Source: Candidatus Zixiibacteriota bacterium
Lineage (GTDB): Bacteria > RBG-13-66-14 > B26-G2 > WVWN01
Length of the DNA: 64,000 nucleotides
Direction: 5' to 3'
NCBI GenBank assembly: GCA_050117845.1
Contig: JASFLY010000003.1
Coordinates: forward strand, 124,949 to 188,948
Below, in pieces: positions 57,231-64,000 of this stretch. The translations under genes were made by a program, and so were the position numbers. The notes under the pieces are model-generated. The model saw only the letters and a program-made list of their open reading frames with translations, searched no databases and was not told where the DNA came from. Numbering within the stretch: the stretch's first letter is position 1; each line of letters opens with the position of its first letter.

Positions 57231-57833
57231 TTATCGTATCGGTATTTGTAAGAGCTGCCCCGCGAATATCCAGTGCGGGTCCTTAATCTGGTACGCGTTG
57301 GCTTCGTAAATAACGGGCCACTCACCCGGATTGCCGTAGTACTTGTCGTAGCCGGCGATCTTCCCCAGGTACTCCCCTTCGACGACGCGGTGGATGGTGT
57401 GCGGCCCCGTATACCGGCCCGTGGGCCGCGGGTTTTCCCGTTCCCCCGAACCGGGATCCGTACCGGCCGGGCTCCGTTCCTCCGGCGTGGCCATCGCGAC
57501 GTCGTGCCGTATCTGGCCGCCGTCGCCGGCCGCCACGGTCGCGTACGCTTCGGCGCTATCCGGCGAATAACCCAACGCCTCCAGCTCGGCCCGTAGTTCG
57601 TCCCGTCGGGCCACGGCGACGCGGGTCGCCTCGTACTCATCGCGCATTTCCTGGAGTTGCTTCAAGAGCGCTTCCCGTTCTTCGGCGGAGCGGCCGCTTT
57701 CGGCTTCCAGAGTTTCCAACTCCTTCTCGAGGCCGAAAAGCTCGTCCTGCATCCCGGTGATCGACCGGCCGGTTTGGCACGCGGCGGTCATTAACGCCCC
57801 GATAGCTATCCCCGTCATTAGTAGCTTTCTCAT
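57231..57833 (-). CDS. lipoprotein with coiled-coil region and C-terminal LysM domain
   Basis: Start at ATG 57833 (GGAGG RBS 5 nt upstream); lipobox-like LMTAAC; C-terminal HTIHRVVEGEYLGKIAGYDKYYGNPGEWPVIYEAN...IFAGQLLQIP is LysM-like. Confidence 0.65.
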   Translation of the reverse strand: MRKLLMTGIAIGALMTAACQTGRSITGMQDELFGLEKELETLEAESGRSAEEREALLKQLQEMRDEYEATRVAVARRDELRAELEALGYSPDSAEAYATVAAGDGGQIRHDVAMATPEERSPAGTDPGSGERENPRPTGRYTGPHTIHRVVEGEYLGKIAGYDKYYGNPGEWPVIYEANAYQIKDPHWIFAGQLLQIPIR

Positions 57834-57880
57834 ACGAACCTCCAAGGGCTCGGCGCCCCGCGAAACCCGGGCGGCGTCCC

Positions 57881-58927
57881 TTATATCCCTCCGCCATTAT
57901 CGGGCGCATCTTCATACGGCTGGTTTTCGCGAGCCGCTTCAAGGGCGCGTTCCAACCTTTCGATTTCCAGATTGACGGCCGCCGCGGAGGACGGGTCGAT
58001 ACCCTGGTCCTTGTACTCAGCCGTCATCGCGTATACCTCTTCGCGCAGCGCCGCAACCAATTCCTGTTCGTCCTCGATTCGGCGCTTCAATACGTCTATC
58101 TCTCCCGTGGCCGAACGGATGCTACGCCGTGCCTGGAGGCGTTCCGGGCCGGTGTGCAGCGGCCGGGGACTGAACTCTATCGTAATTGAATAATACGGGT
58201 CGAAATCGGGCGACCAGAGCTGTTCGGCCTTCTCTATCGCGGCCCCCAGCGTGATCCAGGGGAAGATGTGCCGAACGCCCACGTTGACGTCGCGGCCGTC
58301 CTCCTCGATCATTATCTCGAAGGTCTTCCAAACACGTCGGTTATAGCCGGCGAATACGCCGCGCAGCTTCCTGCTTTGGGGCCCCTCGCCGACGAATCGG
58401 CCGGTACCCCATCCGACGTGGAAGGTCCCCACGGGGTCGATGGTTTTACTGAATACGCCGTAGGCCGTAATGTTGTCCTGGAAGTCGAGATCGTACGCCG
58501 CAGTGTCCCGCGGATGCCGGTTGCCGGCGTTCGATACGATACCGTCGCCGATCGTCAGGTGGTCCATGCCGACGGAAAACGCAGGTTGGTATTTAAAGAA
58601 GTGCTCTTCGTCAATGGCTTCGACTTTGAAGTGCGCAGCCAGGGCGACCTCTTCCCATACCGAATACGCCGCCACGCCTACCTCGGACATGCCGCCGATA
58701 CCGAAATTGAAATTCAGCGTACCGTAATCCGAGATTTCCTCCTCGGCCGATACGGCGATAATCAGGTCAATTTCGTATTGCATGTGGTCGAGATACTCGC
58801 TGGCCGGTACGTCCACCAGGCTGGTCGACGAATACCCGGCCGCGACCGGGGACACGGCCGCTAGAGCGAGCGCCGCGGCGGCGACCAACGTCGCACGCGC
58901 GTGAATGGAGACTCGTACCTTACTCAT
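57881..58927 (-). CDS. secreted hypothetical protein
   Basis: Signal peptide (ATLVAAAALALAAVSPVAA); 348 aa; C-terminal coiled-coil; no domain recognised. Confidence 0.5.
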   Translation of the reverse strand: MSKVRVSIHARATLVAAAALALAAVSPVAAGYSSTSLVDVPASEYLDHMQYEIDLIIAVSAEEEISDYGTLNFNFGIGGMSEVGVAAYSVWEEVALAAHFKVEAIDEEHFFKYQPAFSVGMDHLTIGDGIVSNAGNRHPRDTAAYDLDFQDNITAYGVFSKTIDPVGTFHVGWGTGRFVGEGPQSRKLRGVFAGYNRRVWKTFEIMIEEDGRDVNVGVRHIFPWITLGAAIEKAEQLWSPDFDPYYSITIEFSPRPLHTGPERLQARRSIRSATGEIDVLKRRIEDEQELVAALREEVYAMTAEYKDQGIDPSSAAAVNLEIERLERALEAARENQPYEDAPDNGGGI

Positions 58928-58945
58928 AACTGTTACCTCCCGGGA

Positions 58946-60160
58946 TTATTCGGTATACGCCGCTTCGACGTGGGCGGCCGACATACCGACCGGGGCGTCC
59001 AACGATTCAACATCCGCAAAGCCGACCGGGGCGGTGGCCCCCCGCCGGTACCGTTCGTAACACGAACTTACGAAATCCGCGAACCGAGACTTGAACCGGC
59101 TCGTGTCATACGTGACGGCGTGGCTCCTTACCATCTCAGGATCGTAGCGCCGGGCGTCGAAGTTCATAACCGCTTCCCGTAACGCTTTCGCCGTCTGCTC
59201 GTCGAAGAATGCGCCGCTTACGCCTTCTTTAACCGTATCCAGGGCGCCGCCGCCCCGATAAGCGATAATCGGTTTACCGCAGGCCATGGCCTCCACCGGC
59301 GCGATACCGAAATCCTCGAGCGCCGGCATAATGAACGCGAGTGCGTGGCGGTAATACTCCCTAACGGTTTCGTCGTCCGCGTCCAATACGAACTGGACGT
59401 TCGGGCCGGCCCTCTTCATTAACTCCTCCCTCGCCGGCCCGTCGCCGACTATTACAAGCCGACGCGAAAGGCCGCGGAACGCCTCGACCGCCAGATCCAC
59501 CCGCTTGTACTCCTTGAGACGGCAAACGACCAGGAAGTATGGCTCGAAGAAAGGCCGGCCAGGCCAGTCGCCGTTGCCGTTGGCCGTGGGCGTGAAGAAG
59601 GACGTGTCCACCGGGGGCGGTATGACCTCGGCGTGGCGGCCGTAATATTTCTGGATCCGGCCCTGAACGGCCCGGGAATTGCAGGACAGGAAGTCGACGC
59701 GCCGCGTCGCCACGACATCCCACATCCTGAGGTACGACATCGTGAAACGGAGCGGACCGCGGTAAAGACGCGGCAGCCGTTTCATGGTCTTGTGGTAATA
59801 ATCCCAGGCGAAGCGCATCGGCGTATGCAGGTACGAGACGTGGCACGTGGGAGGGAATGTCAATACGCCCTTGGCCCAGGCGCTGGAATCGCTGACGACC
59901 AGGTCGTATTCCGACAGGTCCATTTGCTCGATGAAGAACGGATACAGGGCCAGGTATTTTTCGTACCACCGCCGCGCGAACGGCATACGCTGAAGCCACG
60001 ACGGCCGCACGTCCATATCGTGGTAAAGGTCGCCCAGACGGTCCCGGTTCTCTATGAGCGTGTAGACCGGCGCTCGAGGAAACAACGCCGTGACGGCTTC
60101 CAGGACTTTCTCCGCTCCACCCATTTGATTTAAATAATCGTGAACGACTGCTACTTTCAT
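58946..60160 (-). CDS. glycosyltransferase family 4
   Basis: MKVAVVHDYLNQMGGAEKV N-terminus and EDFGIAPVEAMACGKPIIAYRGGG motif. Confidence 0.8.
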   Translation of the reverse strand: MKVAVVHDYLNQMGGAEKVLEAVTALFPRAPVYTLIENRDRLGDLYHDMDVRPSWLQRMPFARRWYEKYLALYPFFIEQMDLSEYDLVVSDSSAWAKGVLTFPPTCHVSYLHTPMRFAWDYYHKTMKRLPRLYRGPLRFTMSYLRMWDVVATRRVDFLSCNSRAVQGRIQKYYGRHAEVIPPPVDTSFFTPTANGNGDWPGRPFFEPYFLVVCRLKEYKRVDLAVEAFRGLSRRLVIVGDGPAREELMKRAGPNVQFVLDADDETVREYYRHALAFIMPALEDFGIAPVEAMACGKPIIAYRGGGALDTVKEGVSGAFFDEQTAKALREAVMNFDARRYDPEMVRSHAVTYDTSRFKSRFADFVSSCYERYRRGATAPVGFADVESLDAPVGMSAAHVEAAYTE

Positions 60161-60606
60161 ATCCCTACTCCGATCAATCCGCTGCTTATTGCTGCCGGTG
60201 TTCCTCTACGGTCCCATCCCCACCGGCGAACCCGGAGCCGGGCCCCGTTACGAGGGGGCCGCGGCCGGCGGCACAAAGACGACGTTGTGCAAGGCCGGCG
60301 TCATAACGATAACGCCGTGTGTCTGGAAGAAACCTATCTCCAGCGGCCTTTTGGCCGGAAGAGCGGCCGCCGCCGTCCCGAGTAAAAAGTAAGACGACCG
60401 GGTAGCGGCCCAGATCTCGTGCACGTATCGGGAGGCGTAATATTCATTTCCGAATCCTTTTTCGGAAATCGCCAAATCGGTCTTTCGGTCTGTCGCCATA
60501 AAAAGTCCCCGCTTTCTCCTTGCCCGCTTTTTTACCACGGCCCATTGTCAAAAAACGTCAGTCTACATTCTGATTTTTACCCTCTTTTTCTCTTTCGTAT
60601 GCTTTT

Positions 60607-61998
60607 TTAACGCCCGGCGGCCGGGCTCTCGACCGCCTCCTCCAACGCACCGTACCTTTTCAATTTCGCCCACAACGTAGTCCGGCTAATCTGTAACATC
60701 TTCGCCGCGCGCGAACGGTTGCCCTTCGCGATGGCCATAACGTCCAGGATATGCCGGCGTTCCAGCTCGTCCAACGATAGGCCGGCGTACGCGGCCGGGG
60801 CCGCGCCCGTCGTTTCCCCACTGCCGTTGGAGCGCGGCGGCCCGATCGTTATGGCGGATGGAAGGAGGACGTCCCCCTCCGTCAGGATAACCGCCCGCTC
60901 AATAACTCCCCGTAGCTCCCGGACGTTTCCGGGCCACCGGTAGCCCAGGAGAATCTCCTCCGCCTCCGGCGAAATCTCCGATACGCTTTTCTTAAATTCC
61001 GCGTTGAATATCTCGACGAAATACGTCGCGAGTGGGAGGATGTCCTCCGGCCGCTCCCTTAGCGGCGGTACGTAAACCGTGAAGACGTTGAGCCGGTAGT
61101 AGAGGTCCTCCCGGAACAACGCCTCGTCCACCATCGAGCGCAGGTCGCGGTTGGTCGCCGCGAGTATGCGTACATCCACCGTTATATCGTCGAGGCCGCC
61201 GACGCGCCGTATCGTCTTCTCTTCCACGGCCCGCAACAGCTTGGGCTGGAGCGACAACTGCATATCCCCGATTTCGTCCAGGAATAACGTTCCCCCGTCG
61301 GCGTATTCGAACAACCCCCGTTTTTCTTTGCGGGCGTCGGTAAAGGCTCCCTTGGTGTGGCCGAAGAGTTCGGATTCCAGGAGGTTCTCGGAGAGCGCGC
61401 TACAATTCACGGCGACGAACTGGCGCCGGGCGCGGGCGCTCCGCCGGTGGATTTCCCGGGCGATGACCTCTTTACCTGTGCCGGTTTCGCCGACTATCAG
61501 CACTTGCGTCTGGGGAGTGGCGCTCAAACGGTCGACTAGCGCGAGGGTCCGGCGCATTCCCGGGCTCTCGGAGACGATGTACTTGAACCTCTCGGATTGC
61601 CCGTTTTGCAACAGCGACAGCTCGCGCCGCATGAAATACGCGTGCAAAGCGTTTTCCACGAGGCGCAACATGTCGTCCGGCTCGAACGGCTTTTTAACGT
61701 AATCGTACGCCCCGTACTTAATGGCCTCCACCGCCGGCCGGATGTCGCCGAAGGCCGTCATCATTATCACGACGGTCGTCGGTTCGCGGAGTTTTATCTC
61801 CCGCAAAACCGCCAGGCCGTCCATCCCCGGGAGTTTCAGGTCGAGCAGTACGGCGTCCACGGCGCGCTCTTCGCAGATTCGAACGCCGGTCTCCCCGTCC
61901 TCCGCCTCCAATACGTCGTACCCGGCCTTCGTCATAAACTTGGCCAACGACCGCCGAAGAACCGCTTCGTCCTCCACTATTAATACGCTAGCCTTCAT
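60607..61998 (-). CDS. sigma-54-dependent response regulator (NtrC family)
   Basis: REC domain (LIVEDE...DLKLPGMDG), AAA+ EBP core (VLIVGETGTGKE, ESELFG, GAFTDA), C-terminal HTH. Confidence 0.85.
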   Translation of the reverse strand: MKASVLIVEDEAVLRRSLAKFMTKAGYDVLEAEDGETGVRICEERAVDAVLLDLKLPGMDGLAVLREIKLREPTTVVIMMTAFGDIRPAVEAIKYGAYDYVKKPFEPDDMLRLVENALHAYFMRRELSLLQNGQSERFKYIVSESPGMRRTLALVDRLSATPQTQVLIVGETGTGKEVIAREIHRRSARARRQFVAVNCSALSENLLESELFGHTKGAFTDARKEKRGLFEYADGGTLFLDEIGDMQLSLQPKLLRAVEEKTIRRVGGLDDITVDVRILAATNRDLRSMVDEALFREDLYYRLNVFTVYVPPLRERPEDILPLATYFVEIFNAEFKKSVSEISPEAEEILLGYRWPGNVRELRGVIERAVILTEGDVLLPSAITIGPPRSNGSGETTGAAPAAYAGLSLDELERRHILDVMAIAKGNRSRAAKMLQISRTTLWAKLKRYGALEEAVESPAAGR

Positions 61999-63469
61999 GG
62001 CGTACTCCCGTGACCGGCAACGTTACGGTCACTTCCGCGCCCAGTTCCCGGCCGGCGAGTCCGAGGTCGCCGCCGTGGGCTTTCACTATTTTCACGCACA
62101 ACGGAAGGCCCAGGCCCACGCCGTCGGCCTTCGTCGTAAAAAACGGCTCCAGCGCCCGGCGAGCCTCCTCGGGAGTTATCCCGGGGCCGGTATCCGCGAA
62201 GGTGAGTACCACGTTCGCCTCGGCGGCGTCCGCGCGCATACGGATAGTCAGGTTCCCGCCCTCGGGCATTATCTGCCGGGCGTTGACCACCACGTTCTCG
62301 AAAACGGATTTCATTAGGCCGCGGTCCAGCTGGAGCGCCGGCAAACCCTCCGCCAGATCGAACTCGACGGCCACGCCGGCGGCGACTAGCCGGGGCCCTT
62401 CCTCCTCGACCACCTCTCGCAAAAGAGCGGCAACGTCCACCGTTTCGCGCTCCGGCGACAGCGGCTTCGCGAAATCGAAGAACCTCTTGAGCAAAGCTTC
62501 TATCTTACGAACGCCCTCGACGATCCATTCCACGCTGTCGGTTTCGAGGCCGGCGGCCGCTAGTTCCTGCCTCGCCACCGCGGCCGACGTCGCGATCGCC
62601 GCCAGGGGATTACGCACCTCGTGCGCTATCCCGGATGTCATCTCGCCGATGGCCGCGAGGCGGTCCAGCCGTGCCAGTTCCTCCTCCATCCGCTTCTTTT
62701 CGGTGACGTCGCGGATGACGGCGGTGAACCCGCGGCTTCCGCCGCCGGCCGCCGCGGACAAGGAGATCTCGGCCGGGAATTCCCTGCCGCCGTGCCGAAG
62801 CAAAGGCACGGTTATAACGCCGCCGAGGCCGTTGCTCCGTCGCGCCAACTTCCGGTCGACCTGTCGCGCCACAACCGAACGCGCCGGCACGGGCACCAGC
62901 GTCTCAAACGGCCGCCCCTCGATATCTTCGGCCTCGTAGCCGAACATCCTCCGGGCCCCGGCGCTGAAGAACATTATCGAGCTTTTACCGTCGACGCTCA
63001 CGACCGCTTCCTCCGCCGTTTCGACCAGCGTGCGATACCGCTCCTCGGACGCCCGAAGCTCCTCCGCGAGTTTCACCCGTTCCCGGGCCAACGTAACGCG
63101 GTCCAGAACAGCGGTGACGGTCGTGGGGAGTTTCTGTACGTGTTTCACCGATTTGACGACGTAGTCGGCCGCGCCCCTTTTAATCGCCGCGGCCGCTATC
63201 TCCTCGCTGCCCGTACCGGTCAACAGAACGACCGGCGTATCGGGGGATAAATCCTGCACGACGTCCAGGACCTCGAGGCCGGTCAAGCCAAGGATGTTGT
63301 AGTCGGATATTACGAGGTCGAACGTGTCGCAAGAAAGCCTCTCTTCCAGATCGGCTCGGGACGCGGCCTCCACGACGTCGTACGTTTCATCCGCCCGGGA
63401 CAAAGCCCGTTTCACGAGCGCCCGGTCGGCCTCGCTGTCGTCGATGATTAAAGCCTTAATCGCCGGCAC
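61988..63469 (-). CDS. hybrid sensor histidine kinase (REC + PAS + HisKA + HATPase)
   Basis: N-terminal receiver (IIDDSEADR...ISDYNILGLTG), PAS, H-box IAHEVRNPLAAI, ATPase G-boxes (DTGPGI, GVGLGL); overlaps both neighbours. Confidence 0.8.
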   Translation of the reverse strand: MPAIKALIIDDSEADRALVKRALSRADETYDVVEAASRADLEERLSCDTFDLVISDYNILGLTGLEVLDVVQDLSPDTPVVLLTGTGSEEIAAAAIKRGAADYVVKSVKHVQKLPTTVTAVLDRVTLARERVKLAEELRASEERYRTLVETAEEAVVSVDGKSSIMFFSAGARRMFGYEAEDIEGRPFETLVPVPARSVVARQVDRKLARRSNGLGGVITVPLLRHGGREFPAEISLSAAAGGGSRGFTAVIRDVTEKKRMEEELARLDRLAAIGEMTSGIAHEVRNPLAAIATSAAVARQELAAAGLETDSVEWIVEGVRKIEALLKRFFDFAKPLSPERETVDVAALLREVVEEEGPRLVAAGVAVEFDLAEGLPALQLDRGLMKSVFENVVVNARQIMPEGGNLTIRMRADAAEANVVLTFADTGPGITPEEARRALEPFFTTKADGVGLGLPLCVKIVKAHGGDLGLAGRELGAEVTVTLPVTGVRHEG

Positions 63470-63926
63470 GCACTCGCACCTCGATTCCCGGCGGCGACGT
63501 ATTCAACGCCAGCCAATACTCCTCGATCCGGGCGACGACGCCCCGGAACTGGTCGAACGCGACCGGCTTCACGAGATAGCTGTTCGCGCCCAACTCGTAA
63601 CTGCGATCGATGTCCTTTTGTTCGCTGGACGACGTCAATATGACCACCGGAATCGGCTTCGTACGGGATGCTCTCTTGACGGTCTCGAGGACCTCGAAGC
63701 CGTCCACCCTGGGCATCTTCAAATCGAGGATAACGAGACGGGGAAGGGGGTACCTCCGGCGGTCGTCGTACGGCGGCCTACCCAAAAGATAATCCAACGC
63801 TTCACCGCCGTCCCTGGCCACCTCGACCCGCTTGGGTAGCTGCGTCTCCCGGAACGCCCTGCGAATTAGAGCCACGTCGTCGTCGTTGTCCTCCACTACC
63901 AGTATTACCGCCTCACCCTGATTCAT
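63456..63926 (-). CDS. single-domain response regulator receiver (CheY-like)
   Basis: VILVVEDNDDD...LVILDLKMPRVDG...YLVKP receiver motifs; 156 aa. Confidence 0.8.
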   Translation of the reverse strand: MNQGEAVILVVEDNDDDVALIRRAFRETQLPKRVEVARDGGEALDYLLGRPPYDDRRRYPLPRLVILDLKMPRVDGFEVLETVKRASRTKPIPVVILTSSSEQKDIDRSYELGANSYLVKPVAFDQFRGVVARIEEYWLALNTSPPGIEVRVRAGD

Positions 63927-64000
63927 CGCACCAACCTCGCGTGTACGCCGACGCCGCGGCGTTCGGCCTTACCGGTATACCCGTACCTCATGGGGCGGGG

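Noticed and set aside
60248-60538. 96-aa minus-strand ORF between the GT4 gene and the sigma-54 regulator
   Set aside because: No convincing RBS or recognisable domain; could be real but unsupported, so not listed as a feature.
1-64000. Search for CRISPR arrays, rRNA, tRNA, integrases and transposases
   Set aside because: No regularly spaced direct repeats, no recognisable RNA gene and no recombinase or transposase motifs were seen by eye; tRNA or small RNA absence is not proven without a covariance-model scan.

Overview
64-kb, roughly 65% GC bacterial window, densely coding; no rRNA, tRNA, CRISPR array or transposase was recognised. All domain calls are from reading motifs by eye in the supplied ORF translations; nothing was confirmed by database search. 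(1) 1-6.3 kb: two PD40/TolB-like beta-propeller genes, a secreted protein, and a Roadblock/LC7 gene divergent from an HTH-PAS-GAF one-component regulator. (2) 6.6-14.5 kb: a small-GTPase regulatory module with two paralogous Roadblock/LC7 genes, three tandem small Cys-rich peptide genes missed by the ORF track, V4R-domain proteins, a class-V aminotransferase (cysteine desulfurase family), a DUF4388-like protein and a Ras-like GTPase. (3) 14.8-34.7 kb, the most unusual region and my candidate for an undescribed system: a catalytically degenerate reverse-transcriptase-like gene preceded by a sigma-54-type promoter and a small secreted-peptide gene; a 1659-aa Ser/Thr-kinase / STAND ATPase / TPR / GAF / sigma-54-activator fusion; an AT-rich island; a WYL-domain regulator; and a ~3141-aa protein whose N-terminus is a reverse transcriptase with intact catalytic motifs fused to ~2500 aa of PAS and GAF-like sensor domains. 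(4) 34.7-60.2 kb: a minus-strand glycan/exopolysaccharide cluster (GT4 glycosyltransferases, AsnB, O-antigen-ligase-like, Wzx, Wzc-type BY-kinase, export protein, sulfatase-like membrane proteins, methyltransferases). (5) 60.6-63.9 kb: receiver / hybrid histidine kinase / sigma-54 response regulator operon.
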